A DNA stretch of 64,000 nucleotides from an uncultured Smithella sp. (GTDB taxonomy: Bacteria; Desulfobacterota; Syntrophia; Syntrophales; Smithellaceae), in assembly GCA_964480875.1 (NCBI GenBank), contig CAYZRT010000001.1:8130-72129 (forward strand). Reading direction: 5' to 3'. Both the position numbers and the translations under genes were made by a program. The notes beneath the pieces were generated by a model. That model did no database searches and was not told the DNA's origin. It saw nothing but the letters and a program-made list of their open reading frames with translations. This document shows positions 47,830 through 58,065 of the stretch, one piece after another (positions within the stretch are counted from its first letter, which is position 1; each line of letters opens with the position of its first letter).

Positions 47830-48207
47830 TTAACCTAATCCGGCTACCTTCAGCAGCGGATTAGCGTAAAGAACGATCAACGCAATAACCAATGCATAAA
47901 TCGCCAGTGATTCGATCATGGCCAGACCAACCATCATGGTTAAAAGAATTTTGCCCTGGGCTTCGGGGTTTCTGCCAACAGCGTTGGTCGCTCCGTTTAA
48001 ACCATTGCCCATGCCTAATCCTGTTCCCAGTGTTCCAAAAGCTATTGCTAAACCGGCTACGAACAAAGAAATGCCGATAATAATAGCTTTTGTATAATCA
48101 ACCGTTCCCGCTGATGCTGCTGCCGCTTCCGGAGCTGCAAAAACAAAAGATGCGCTGACTACTACCATGACCATTGCCATCAATACATAGATTAAACTTT
48201 TTTTCAT
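47830..48207 (-). CDS. atpE: F-type ATP synthase subunit c with N-terminal signal-peptide-like extension
   Basis: 125 aa. The C-terminal 80 aa form a c-subunit hairpin (GRNPEAQGK loop; MIESLAIYALVIALIVLYANP with the carboxylate Glu). The N-terminus MKKSLIYVLMAMVMVVVSASFVFA/AP resembles a Sec signal. Confidence 0.85.
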   Translation of the reverse strand: MKKSLIYVLMAMVMVVVSASFVFAAPEAAAASAGTVDYTKAIIIGISLFVAGLAIAFGTLGTGLGMGNGLNGATNAVGRNPEAQGKILLTMMVGLAMIESLAIYALVIALIVLYANPLLKVAGLG

Positions 48208-48400
48208 TTACATTCTCCTTGGTATATTTGTAAAATTTCAAAATCCTGTTTTGCTCATTTTTCACCCCCTTTCTTTTTACTCGAACACTTCGGATTTTGA
48301 TGTTTTGTTTTTTAACCGTGCAAGCGGAAATTGTCAAGAAAAATTTCGATAGATAATCGACAACTTGATTTTATTTTTTATGCGGGATAATATTTATATC

Positions 48401-48868
48401 ATGGAAAAATTATCCATAAAGCAAAAAAGGATTGCCAAACTTATTCAAAAAGACATTCCGTTGCAGAAATTTCCTTTCAAGACGATGGGTAAATACGTTG
48501 CCTTAAATGAAAAGGAAGTTCTGAACACCGTCCGGTATTTTCTGGATCATGGTTTGATCCGGAAATTCGGAGCAATTCTAAGACATCAGCGGGTGGGTTA
48601 TAAAAATAATGCCATGGTCATATGGTCTATTCCTTCTGAACAAACTGAGGAAACGGGAAACATATTCGCCTCATTTTCTTTTGTTTCTCATTGTTACGAA
48701 AGAAAACCTGCTTTCGCGGGGACGTATAATATTTTTACCATGCTTCATTCTGATGGCAGAAGCATTTCTTCACTGATTAAGGACATGGTAAAAGCTTCAA
48801 ATGCCAAGGATTATCTGATATTGAAAAGCGTTAAAGAATTTAAAAAAACATCTCCGGAGTATTTCTAA
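48401..48868 (+). CDS. AsnC/Lrp-like siroheme decarboxylase subunit (AhbA/AhbB, NirDLGH family)
   Basis: It has a wHTH followed by HQRVGYKNNAMVIW..VSHCYER..NIFTMLH, typical of alternative haem pathway Ahb proteins. Its stop overlaps the hemL ATG. I chose the ATG at M13 of the tracked ORF. Confidence 0.7.
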   Translation: MEKLSIKQKRIAKLIQKDIPLQKFPFKTMGKYVALNEKEVLNTVRYFLDHGLIRKFGAILRHQRVGYKNNAMVIWSIPSEQTEETGNIFASFSFVSHCYERKPAFAGTYNIFTMLHSDGRSISSLIKDMVKASNAKDYLILKSVKEFKKTSPEYF

Positions 48869-50151
48869 TGAATCAAAAACGTTCAGCTTCTTTTTCAGAA
48901 TCATGTAAAGTTATTTCCGGCGGCGTCAATTCCCCTGTCCGGGCGTGGAAATCTGTTGGCGGCAATCCTGTTTTTATCAAGAAAGCAATCGGCAGCAAGA
49001 TTTATGACCATTCAGGCAACGAATATATTGATTACGTCCTTTCATGGGGCCCCATGATTCTCGGCCATGCTCATAAAGATGTTATCGCGGCTATATGTGA
49101 TACGGCGAAGAAAGGAACTAGTTTTGGAGCCCCTACGCAATTAGAAACGAAGCTCGCCCGGCTGATTTGTCAAGCGATTCCGTCGATAGAATTATTACGA
49201 ATGACGTCCTCGGGTACCGAAGCTGCCATGACGGCCATACGACTCGCGAGAGGTTTTACCGGCAAAAATTTGATTGCGAAATTTGACGGGTGTTATCATG
49301 GGCACAGTGATTCGCTTTTAATCCAAGCGGGATCGGGGGTGGCAACCTTCGGTATTCCCGGTTCTCCCGGAGTTCCGCAAGAGCTTGCTCAAATGACGTT
49401 AAGCCTGCCCTATAACGATATTGAAGCGCTGGAGCATGCCATAGCGAAGCATGGCTCTGAACTTGCCGCCATTATTGTTGAACCTGTGGCGGGCAACATG
49501 GGAGTCATTCCGCCACAAAAAGGATTTTTGGAGAAATTGAGAAAACTCACTGCTCAAAAAGGAATTATATTGATTTTTGATGAAGTGATTACAGGGTTTC
49601 GTTTTAACTTCGGCGGTTATCAGAATCTGACAGGAATCAATCCTGATTTAACCTGCCTGGGCAAGATCATTGGCGGAGGAATGCCTGTGGGAGCGGTTGG
49701 CGGAAAAAAAGAAATCATGGAAAGGCTTGCGCCCACTGGAGACATTTATCAGGCGGGAACGCTTTCAGGAAATCCGTTAGCCATGAGCGCGGGTTTAACA
49801 ACACTCGAGATGCTAAAGAAAAAAAAGAAAGATTTCCCCTCTCTGGCTGAAAAAACAAGTCTGCTTTGTCTGGAACTTAACCGCTTGTTTTCTGACAAAG
49901 GAATTGCTGTCTGTATAAATCACGTCTATTCCATGTTTACCATTTTTTTTCAAAAAGGCCCCGTTCATGATTTTAAAACCGCTCAGAAATCGGACACAAA
50001 GATGTTTGCCCGTTTTTTTCACAAAATGTTGGAACAGGGCATATGGTTGGCGCCGTCACAGTATGAAGCCGCTTTTTTATCCTTTGCTCATACCGATCGC
50101 GACATAAAGAAGACCCTGGATGCCTGTGCAAAAACCTTGAAATATCTATGA
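48868..50151 (+). CDS. hemL: glutamate-1-semialdehyde 2,1-aminomutase
   Basis: 427 aa with GGVNSPVRA and the LGKIIGGGMPVGA PLP-lysine region. Confidence 0.96.
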   Translation: MNQKRSASFSESCKVISGGVNSPVRAWKSVGGNPVFIKKAIGSKIYDHSGNEYIDYVLSWGPMILGHAHKDVIAAICDTAKKGTSFGAPTQLETKLARLICQAIPSIELLRMTSSGTEAAMTAIRLARGFTGKNLIAKFDGCYHGHSDSLLIQAGSGVATFGIPGSPGVPQELAQMTLSLPYNDIEALEHAIAKHGSELAAIIVEPVAGNMGVIPPQKGFLEKLRKLTAQKGIILIFDEVITGFRFNFGGYQNLTGINPDLTCLGKIIGGGMPVGAVGGKKEIMERLAPTGDIYQAGTLSGNPLAMSAGLTTLEMLKKKKKDFPSLAEKTSLLCLELNRLFSDKGIAVCINHVYSMFTIFFQKGPVHDFKTAQKSDTKMFARFFHKMLEQGIWLAPSQYEAAFLSFAHTDRDIKKTLDACAKTLKYL

Positions 50152-50224
50152 TCGTCTCATTGACAAGCATCCATCAATCCTGTATTAAATTATTCAAAAA
50201 ATAATACTTTTCCTCGGAGACAAG

Positions 50225-51250
50225 ATGAAAAAAGCTTTTCTCACCGGTATCACCGGACAAGACGGCTCTTATTTGGCGGAATATTTATTAAACAAGGGGT
50301 ATGAGGTGCACGGATTGATTCGCCGTTCAAGCACTTTTAATACGGAACGCATTGATCATCTCTATCACGATTTTCATGATCCGGAAGCGAAATTATTTCT
50401 TCATTACGGCGATCTGAGCGTTTCCGCTCAGCTTATGGACCTGCTCCAATCCGTTCAGCCTGATGAAATTTATAATCTCGGAGCCCAGAGTCATGTCCGC
50501 GTTAGTTTTGATATGCCTGAATATACCGGCGATGTCACTGCATTGGGAACGCTCAGAATTTTGGAAGCTATTCGTAAAACAGGAATAAAAACAAAATTTT
50601 ATCAGGCCTCCTCCAGTGAGATGTTCGGCGCCGCCCCTCCCCCGCAAAACGAAAACACGGTGTTCCAACCCCGTAGTCCATACGCGGCAGCTAAAGTTTA
50701 TTCCTATTACATAACTCAGAATTACCGGGAGGCTTATGGTATTTTTGCGGCCAACGGTATTCTTTTTAATCATGAATCTCCGAGACGCGGTGAAACGTTT
50801 GTGACCAGAAAAATAACCCGTGCGGCAACTCAGATCAAACTGGGACTTAAAGATAAATTATTTTTGGGCAACCTTGAAGCAAAAAGAGACTGGGGGTTTG
50901 CCGGTGATTACGTCGAAGCCATGTGGCTGATGCTGCAGCAGGAAAAACCTGATGATTTCGTCATTTCAACCGGTGAAACCCATTCCGTCAGGGAATTCGC
51001 GGAGATTGTGTTTGATAAGCTTAATTTAGATTACAAAAAATATGTGGAGATAGATAAGCGATATTTCCGTCCAACAGAGGTTGATGCCCTGCTGGGCGAT
51101 TCGATAAAAGCAAAAAAAATACTCGGTTGGAAACCGAAAGTTTCTTTTGAAAAGCTGATCGATATGATGATTGATGCGGATATGGAACTGGCTCAGAAAG
51201 AAAAAACGCTTCTCGATGCCGGTTTCGGTTCTAACAATAAAAACAAGTAA
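50225..51250 (+). CDS. gmd: GDP-mannose 4,6-dehydratase
   Basis: 341 aa with [24 protein letters not shown] and [16 protein letters not shown]. Confidence 0.96.
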   Translation: MKKAFLTGITGQDGSYLAEYLLNKGYEVHGLIRRSSTFNTERIDHLYHDFHDPEAKLFLHYGDLSVSAQLMDLLQSVQPDEIYNLGAQSHVRVSFDMPEYTGDVTALGTLRILEAIRKTGIKTKFYQASSSEMFGAAPPPQNENTVFQPRSPYAAAKVYSYYITQNYREAYGIFAANGILFNHESPRRGETFVTRKITRAATQIKLGLKDKLFLGNLEAKRDWGFAGDYVEAMWLMLQQEKPDDFVISTGETHSVREFAEIVFDKLNLDYKKYVEIDKRYFRPTEVDALLGDSIKAKKILGWKPKVSFEKLIDMMIDADMELAQKEKTLLDAGFGSNNKNK

Positions 51251-51265
51251 ACAAAGGATTCCATC

Positions 51266-52210
51266 GTGCTGAAGGAAAAGCGCATAACGATTACAGGTGC
51301 TAAAGGTTTTCTGGGCGGCCATCTTTTGAAAAAATTTGAGCGTTCCGGTTGCCGGAATATTAAAGTCGCTGATCTTCCCGAATACAATCTCACAGATCTT
51401 AACGACATCCGGAGAATGTATGAAGAAACAAAACCGGAAATTGTCATTCATCTGGCGGCGAAAGTGGGCGGAATCGGTTTTAATCAGGATAAACCGGCCG
51501 AGCTTTTTTATGACAATTTAATGATGGGATCGCAATTGCTTCATGAAGCCCATATCCGGAATATTGAAAAATTTGTCGCGCTGGGAACCGTTTGCGCCTA
51601 TCCTAAATTTACCCCGGTTCCCTTTAAAGAAGAAGATTTATGGAACGGTTATCCTGAAGAGACTAACGCTCCTTATGGACTGGCGAAGAAAATGATGCTC
51701 GTCCAATCGCAGGCTTACCGCAAACAGTATGGGTTTAACTCTATATTTCTATTGCCGGTTAATCTCTACGGTCCCGGCGATAATTTCGATCCCAGTTCCT
51801 CTCATGTCATTCCAGCTTTAATCAAGAAGTGCTTTGATGCCATCGACAGTAAATCCGATAAACTGGAGGTATGGGGCACCGGGGCGGCAACCCGTGAATT
51901 TTTTTACGTGGAAGATGCGGCCGAAGCTATTTATCTTGCAACTTTATCTTACAATAAAAGTGAACCGGTTAATCTGGGATCAGGCTATGAAATATCCATT
52001 AGGGAGCTAACAAAAATTATCGCCGATTTATCCGGTTTTTCCGGTCAAATTGTCTGGGATAAATCCAAACCGGATGGACAGCCCAATCGTATGCTTGACA
52101 CCTCCAAGGCTTTGAGAGAATTTGGATTTACAGCTAAGACTGATATTAAAACAGGACTCGCAAAAACCATTGAATGGTATGAAAAAAGCCGCCATTTATT
52201 AAAAAAATGA
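51266..52210 (+). CDS. fcl: GDP-L-fucose synthase
   Basis: 314 aa from a GTG start, with [15 protein letters not shown] and the [10 protein letters not shown] motif. It lies directly after gmd. Confidence 0.9.
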   Translation: MLKEKRITITGAKGFLGGHLLKKFERSGCRNIKVADLPEYNLTDLNDIRRMYEETKPEIVIHLAAKVGGIGFNQDKPAELFYDNLMMGSQLLHEAHIRNIEKFVALGTVCAYPKFTPVPFKEEDLWNGYPEETNAPYGLAKKMMLVQSQAYRKQYGFNSIFLLPVNLYGPGDNFDPSSSHVIPALIKKCFDAIDSKSDKLEVWGTGAATREFFYVEDAAEAIYLATLSYNKSEPVNLGSGYEISIRELTKIIADLSGFSGQIVWDKSKPDGQPNRMLDTSKALREFGFTAKTDIKTGLAKTIEWYEKSRHLLKK

Positions 52211-52247
52211 ACGCCGGTCATATTTTTATTGACTTGCAGTCCAGTTC

Positions 52248-52553
52248 ATGTTAAGGAGCTCCCAGCGAATGGATAAGGAAACACGTAAGTACGCCATTCA
52301 AATGGCTTATGCCAGCAGTATTGGCATTGCCATGATCTTGGCAATTTTTGGATGCCTTTTGTTGGGGGTTTATTTAGACAATAGATTTGACTCCGGCCAT
52401 GTTTTTAAAGTTGTTTTTTTGTTTATCGGCATAGCGGCCGGATTTCGTAATTTATATGTTTTAATTAAACAAAATTTTACCGATGATGAACAAATAATAA
52501 AGAGTTTAAAAAGTGAATCCCATCGTCAAAGACCCTCTACAAAGAAAAATTGA
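52248..52553 (+). CDS. AtpZ/AtpI-family small membrane protein
   Basis: Two TM segments, with LLLGVYLDNRF..FKVVFLFIGIAAGFRN typical of ATPase_gene1 proteins. The true start may be M8 (52269). Confidence 0.6.
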   Translation: MLRSSQRMDKETRKYAIQMAYASSIGIAMILAIFGCLLLGVYLDNRFDSGHVFKVVFLFIGIAAGFRNLYVLIKQNFTDDEQIIKSLKSESHRQRPSTKKN

Positions 52554-52908
52554 ACTTTCCAACTGGATTATTCTTGCCGTTATCCTGATTCCCTCATTAA
52601 TTTTTGCGCCTGTTAAGTTTTCTTTAGGTATTCTGCTGGGCGGATTCATCAGTATTCTTAATTTCCACTGGATGGAAAAAGGACTAAGAGGCCTTTTTCA
52701 AAAAACCGGCGTTCATGTCAAGGGACCGGTTTTAATCAAATATTATATTCGACTGGCGATTACTGCCGTCGTTTTATATTTTCTCATTGCATACAAAACG
52801 GTCAATGTGATCGGTTTGCTTATCGGGCTCTCCGTCGTTGTAATAAATATCGTTATGACTATGATCATGGCTTTAACAAAAAAAAACTTTATTGAGGAGG
52901 TTATTTAG
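52513..52908 (+). CDS. atpI: ATP synthase protein I
   Basis: 131 aa with four hydrophobic segments. It lies directly upstream of atpB. It uses a GTG start and overlaps the previous ORF by 41 nt. Confidence 0.6.
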   Translation: MNPIVKDPLQRKIELSNWIILAVILIPSLIFAPVKFSLGILLGGFISILNFHWMEKGLRGLFQKTGVHVKGPVLIKYYIRLAITAVVLYFLIAYKTVNVIGLLIGLSVVVINIVMTMIMALTKKNFIEEVI

Positions 52909-52914
52909 AATCAA

Positions 52915-53586
52915 ATGGAACCCCTGATTTTTTTTCATACAAGTTGGCTGAAAAATTTTGGTATTGATATGACGATTGTCTTTAACACGTTATTTGTCAT
53001 GCTTTTATTAGCGGTGCTTTCATTTTTTGCATCCAGACGACTGCAGGTTTATCCGGGAAAAACGCAGAACGTCATGGAAGTCGTTCTCGGTGGATTTGAT
53101 GCTCTGCTCAATGAAATCATGGGGCATAATGGAAGAAAATTCTTCCCTTTGATTGCAACATTAGGGCTTTTTATTCTCACGTCCAATCTCATTGGTATTG
53201 TTCCCGGCTTTGAATCTCCAACCTCGAATATTAACACGAATGCAGCCATGGCTATCGTTGTCTTTTTATCCACCCATGTTGTCGGAGTCAGAGAACATGG
53301 ATTGAAATATTTTAAACAATTTATGGGTCCTGTATGGTGGTTGACGCCTTTAATGCTGCCCATTGAAATTATAAGCCATATATCCCGTCCATTATCCCTG
53401 ACGTTCCGGTTGTTCGGAAACATCAAAGGTGAGGACATTGTTCTTCTGGTCGTTCTCTTCCTGGTCCCCTATTTTGTTCCACTGCCCGTATTCATTCTGA
53501 TGATTTTTACATCGCTCGTGCAGACACTGGTATTTATGCTCCTTTCCATGATGTATATCGCCGGGGCCATGGAAGAAGGTCATTAA
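52915..53586 (+). CDS. atpB: F-type ATP synthase subunit a
   Basis: 223 aa with [13 protein letters not shown] (essential Arg) and a polytopic profile. Confidence 0.93.
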   Translation: MEPLIFFHTSWLKNFGIDMTIVFNTLFVMLLLAVLSFFASRRLQVYPGKTQNVMEVVLGGFDALLNEIMGHNGRKFFPLIATLGLFILTSNLIGIVPGFESPTSNINTNAAMAIVVFLSTHVVGVREHGLKYFKQFMGPVWWLTPLMLPIEIISHISRPLSLTFRLFGNIKGEDIVLLVVLFLVPYFVPLPVFILMIFTSLVQTLVFMLLSMMYIAGAMEEGH

Positions 53587-53613
53587 TAAATTTCTTTGAA
53601 AACGAACTTCATC

Positions 53614-53663
53614 GCAACGGGGAATCTTAGTTAAAGTATAGTGATTCCCCGTTGCTGTTTTTC
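53614..53663 (+). terminator. rho-independent terminator after atpB
   Basis: GCAACGGGGAATC-ttagttaaagtatagt-GATTCCCCGTTGC-TGTTTTT. Confidence 0.85.
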
Positions 53664-53726
53664 TTAAATACTTCACTTTTCCCAAATTTTTTATTAATAT
53701 TGATAATCATTTACTTGCTCTGACGC

Positions 53727-53755
53727 TTGACGATTAAATTTGATCGTAATATTTT
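53727..53755 (+). promoter_or_regulatory. candidate sigma-70 promoter of the 1418-aa gene
   Basis: TTGACG-17 nt-TATTTT, about 29 nt upstream of the ATG at 53784. Confidence 0.4.
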
Positions 53756-53783
53756 ATAAAAGAAGGTATTTTTTATATCGCAT

Positions 53784-56700
53784 ATGAAAACATTGGGAAT
53801 TAACATAGGCTCTTCCAGTGTCAAGGTGATATTGCTGGACGGGAATGATGATATATTGTGGACAAAAGTTGAACCTCATGAGGGCAACTTTGTTCAAACA
53901 CTGGGGAACATATTATCTCAGTCTGATATTTCATCAGACATTCCTGCCCTTGCGACAGGCACCGAAGGCCGGCATCTTTTAAACATTAACAGCGAGATAG
54001 AACCTCTATGCATCGAAGCAGTTTTGCAACATCTTAATCAGAATATCGACGCGCTGGTTTCCTTAGGCGGCGAGGATCTGATTGTCTATACGATAGACGA
54101 ATATCAAAGAATAATAACAAGTTTTTCCGGCAATAAATGCGCATCGGGCACAGGCGAATTCTTTAAACAACAGCTCGCCAGGATGAATATGGACGTACGG
54201 GACGTCAATTCTATTCCGGAGCAATGTCAGGTTTTAACATTATCGTCGCGATGCTCTGTCTTTATGAAAAGTGATTGCACGCATCGTTTGAATAAGGGCG
54301 AAGCCCAAAGAGGAGATATCGTTCTTTCTCTAAGTGATGTCATGGCAACGAAAGTTGTCGATTTTATTAAAAAAGCAAAAATAACAAACAAGAAAGTCTT
54401 TCTCGTCGGTAAAGCAACCGAAAATAAACATCTCATCCGTTTTATCCGGGAGCGCATGCCGGAAAATAAATTCATCGTTCCATCCCAGGCCGCATATTTT
54501 GAAGCATACGGCGCTGCGTTGCTGGCCAGAACTTCTGGCAGTAAAATACCCTCTCTGAAAAATCTCTTCAAACCCGACAGGGTTCAGTTTAAGAGATTCA
54601 AAAGCTTGAAAACGGCGGAAGGAAAAGTAACTTATCTCCCATCTAAAAAAGCAAAAGTCCTGGCCGGGAAAGAATACATTCTCGGCGTTGACGGTGGATC
54701 AACGACAACCAAAGCCTGCTTGGTAGATATGGAAACAAATGAGATAGCGGCTTCCTTTTATGGCCGCACGCATGGCGATCCTGTCAAAGCTTTGAAAAAT
54801 TGTTTTCTCGAAATGCAGAAACAAATCAAAAAAGATATTGGAGAGGGTAAGATAAGCATAACGTTGGCTGCCACGACCGGATCTTCAAGGGAACTGCTGG
54901 GCGTATTCCTGGAAACGCCAGCCGTATACAATGAAATCATCGCTCATGCCGTTGGCACAACTTTTTATCAAGACAATATTGATACCCTATTCGAAATCGG
55001 CGGTCAGGATGCAAAATATGTCTATTTAAAAAACAAAGTTCCCATAGATTATGCCATGAATGAAGCCTGCTCTGCCGGAACCGGTTCTTTTCTTGAAGAA
55101 TCCGCACAAGGCGATTTAAGCATCCCTGACGCGAGGGAAATTGGTGAGATCGCTCTTCTCGCCAAAGAACCTTTGAAATTCGGTGAGCACTGTTCCGCAT
55201 TTATAAATTCAGATGTCCGTAAAGCAATTCAGCAAGGTGCGTCACGCGAAGACATTACGGCGGGAATTGTCACGTCCATCGTTTCCAATTATCTTAATCG
55301 TGTTGTTGGCAACAGAACGATTGGAGAAAACATTGTTTTGCAGGGAGGCGTAGCCAAAAATAAAGCCGTTCCTCTGGCTTTTGCAATGCTTCTGGATAAG
55401 AATATACTGGTTCCACCCGATCCTGAACTGATGGGTTGTTTTGGTGTTGCCATTCTGGCAAAACAAAAACTTAAAGAAGGCGTTCTTGCCAAATCTCAAT
55501 ATGACTTAGAAAAAATTCTGGACACAAACATTATTTACGGAAAGGATTTCAAATGTAAATCCTGTGATAATTTCTGTCCCATACGAGTTTTGAATGTCAA
55601 TAATCATTCGTACATGTTTGGAGGCCGTTGCAACAAATATACGAATATCCGCAAAAAAAATGTTTTCAATGAAAGTGAGTGTACCGATTACATTGAAAAA
55701 CGAAATGATATTATTTTTCATCAATGTGCGCCAGATTCCGATAAACTGATCAGGAAAAAAGATTTTGTCGTCGGAATTCCTCGCTGTTTTTCATTTTATA
55801 CGCTTTGGCCTTTATATGCTTGGTTCTTCCATTGGTTGGGTGTGGAAACAGTGGTTTCCGAAGAAATATTACAAGATGGAACTGCTCGCGTGGAAAGCAA
55901 TTATTGTTTCCCGGCAGAAATTGCTCATGGCGCTGTGCAGGATATTGTTAACCGCCATTGTGATTATATTTTCCTGCCTCATTTTCGTGACATGGAAAGC
56001 TATGAGAAGAGTGTCCCGGCAAATTTTTGTCCGATAACTCAGAGTCTGCCATATTATATTCAGAAAGCTTTTCCTGAAATATCCCGGGAAAGATATTTAA
56101 TGCCTGTTGTAAGTTTTATGCACGGAATGAAAAAGGCCGCCGAGCCGTTTATTACTATGGCGGTAAAGCTGGGCTTTCGTGAATCTGAGGCACAGGAAGC
56201 ATTTTCCCTGGCTTTTGAAAAGCAGATGGATTGTTTTGCCAGATTTTCCGAACTGGGCAGGCAAGCTTTAAAAGAAGCACGTGCATCTCAACGGCCCGTT
56301 ATTGCGATTCTGGGACGACCGTATAACTCCTTTACAACGGATGCTAACATGGGCGTACCCCGTAAATATTCATCGCGCGGTTACTGCGTCATTCCTTTTG
56401 ATATTCTTCCGTTTGAAGACCAGCCTATTTATCAGAATATGTACTGGTATTACGGACAACAGGACATGAAATCGGCCTCTTTTTTAAAAAAGGAGGACAA
56501 TATTTTTGTGACCTTCATATCCAATTTCTCCTGCGCGCCCGATTCCTTTATGCTTCATTATCTTAAGTGGATTATGGGCGTAAAACCCTTTCTAATTTTG
56601 GAACTGGACTCCCACACCGCCGATGCCGGCGTGGATACCCGTATTGAAGCTTTTCTGGATATCATCGAAGGCTATCGCTCCAAAATCGGCGATATCCGTG

Positions 56701-58040
56701 AAACCAGATATGATAACGGTCTTCGTTTCATCAATAAACCCGGCGAAGACATTCACATCAAAAATAATCATACCGGTGAAAAAATACCCATTAAAAACAA
56801 TTCCCGCGTTAAGTTGCTGCTATCCAATATGGGACGATTGTCTGCGGAGCTCATGGGAGCTTCGATTCGCGGTTTCGGCATCAACGCCGAAACCATGCCC
56901 GTGCCCGATATCTATACGCTGCAACTCGCCCGCAATCACGCATCCGGCAAGGAATGTCTGCCGTCTCATCTCGTTTTGGGCAGCGTTCTCAAATATTTAT
57001 ATTCTGAAAAATACCGTAAAGATGAAATTTACCTGCTCTTTGTTCCAACAACCACCGGTCCGTGTCGCACCGGTCAATATTTCGTTTTTTATGATAATCT
57101 CTTCAAGGATTTGCGTTTTGAAAATGTTGTCGTCATTACTCTCGATGCGGACAATTCCTATAACGAATTAGGAGCGGAATTTTCCAAATACGCTTGGTGG
57201 GCGATTCTGATCGGCGATTACATGAAAGATATAGAAACATCTTTGCGGACCTGCGCGGTTGATCCTCAAAAAGCGATGAGGGAATACGATAAAATCTGGC
57301 AAAAGATGATAAAAGTGGCGGATCAAAATGTTACAAACATGCTGCCCGTGTTAAAAGAAATATCTCTCGATATCAGCACAATACCTTTGAAGAAAAAACT
57401 AGATGATTGCCCTAAGATATTAATTGTTGGAGAAATTTACGTGCGACGCGATGATTTCGCAGTCGATGAACTTATCGGGATTCTAAGTAAAAGAGGAATC
57501 ATCGGCAAGGTTTCCAATGTGGCCGAATGGGTGTACTATTGTGACTTTGTTCGTCACTACGAATTTAAAAAATGTCTCGCCCTCCATCCCTGGCACAAGC
57601 GAATCTTCTCCCGCGAATCAACGGATATCATCAAATGGGAAATCGAGCACCGATATAAAAAGAAGGTAGAAAAAAATATTCGCGAAACGCTCCTCCCTAC
57701 CGGACTCGTGCCGGATTCACCGCATAACATGAAAGAAATCATGCGCAACACCGAAAAGCATTTTGTCAGTCATGAGTTATATTCCGAGATCAGCATTTCC
57801 AGCGGCGTCGCCGCCACAGCCATGATGGACGGATACGCGGGCATCATCAATATTTCACCCTTTGCCTGCTTGATCGGCCGGGTTATTGAAGGCGTTCTGA
57901 CTCCGTGGGCGAGAGAAAGAAAATATCCCGTTTTATCCATTGAAATCGATGGAAATCTTTTACCTCCCAACGTTATCAATAAACTGGAAATATTCATGCT
58001 CAATGTATTAAGATTTAAAAACGACAAGGATTTGAATTGA
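53784..58040 (+). CDS. fused double BcrAD/BadFG/HgdC-type activase ATPase plus dehydratase-like (DUF2229-type) domains
   Basis: 1418 aa with two acetate/sugar-kinase-fold ATPase modules (aa 1-255 and 298-560). Each carries the cluster-bridging Cys pair (NKCASGTG/SRCSVF; EACSAGTG/EHCSAF). A CxxCxxC..C patch follows at about aa 590-620, then about 800 aa of activase-associated domains. Confidence 0.8.
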   Translation: MKTLGINIGSSSVKVILLDGNDDILWTKVEPHEGNFVQTLGNILSQSDISSDIPALATGTEGRHLLNINSEIEPLCIEAVLQHLNQNIDALVSLGGEDLIVYTIDEYQRIITSFSGNKCASGTGEFFKQQLARMNMDVRDVNSIPEQCQVLTLSSRCSVFMKSDCTHRLNKGEAQRGDIVLSLSDVMATKVVDFIKKAKITNKKVFLVGKATENKHLIRFIRERMPENKFIVPSQAAYFEAYGAALLARTSGSKIPSLKNLFKPDRVQFKRFKSLKTAEGKVTYLPSKKAKVLAGKEYILGVDGGSTTTKACLVDMETNEIAASFYGRTHGDPVKALKNCFLEMQKQIKKDIGEGKISITLAATTGSSRELLGVFLETPAVYNEIIAHAVGTTFYQDNIDTLFEIGGQDAKYVYLKNKVPIDYAMNEACSAGTGSFLEESAQGDLSIPDAREIGEIALLAKEPLKFGEHCSAFINSDVRKAIQQGASREDITAGIVTSIVSNYLNRVVGNRTIGENIVLQGGVAKNKAVPLAFAMLLDKNILVPPDPELMGCFGVAILAKQKLKEGVLAKSQYDLEKILDTNIIYGKDFKCKSCDNFCPIRVLNVNNHSYMFGGRCNKYTNIRKKNVFNESECTDYIEKRNDIIFHQCAPDSDKLIRKKDFVVGIPRCFSFYTLWPLYAWFFHWLGVETVVSEEILQDGTARVESNYCFPAEIAHGAVQDIVNRHCDYIFLPHFRDMESYEKSVPANFCPITQSLPYYIQKAFPEISRERYLMPVVSFMHGMKKAAEPFITMAVKLGFRESEAQEAFSLAFEKQMDCFARFSELGRQALKEARASQRPVIAILGRPYNSFTTDANMGVPRKYSSRGYCVIPFDILPFEDQPIYQNMYWYYGQQDMKSASFLKKEDNIFVTFISNFSCAPDSFMLHYLKWIMGVKPFLILELDSHTADAGVDTRIEAFLDIIEGYRSKIGDIRETRYDNGLRFINKPGEDIHIKNNHTGEKIPIKNNSRVKLLLSNMGRLSAELMGASIRGFGINAETMPVPDIYTLQLARNHASGKECLPSHLVLGSVLKYLYSEKYRKDEIYLLFVPTTTGPCRTGQYFVFYDNLFKDLRFENVVVITLDADNSYNELGAEFSKYAWWAILIGDYMKDIETSLRTCAVDPQKAMREYDKIWQKMIKVADQNVTNMLPVLKEISLDISTIPLKKKLDDCPKILIVGEIYVRRDDFAVDELIGILSKRGIIGKVSNVAEWVYYCDFVRHYEFKKCLALHPWHKRIFSRESTDIIKWEIEHRYKKKVEKNIRETLLPTGLVPDSPHNMKEIMRNTEKHFVSHELYSEISISSGVAATAMMDGYAGIINISPFACLIGRVIEGVLTPWARERKYPVLSIEIDGNLLPPNVINKLEIFMLNVLRFKNDKDLN

Positions 58041-58065
58041 AAGGTGAGGTCATAAAGATTTTCTT

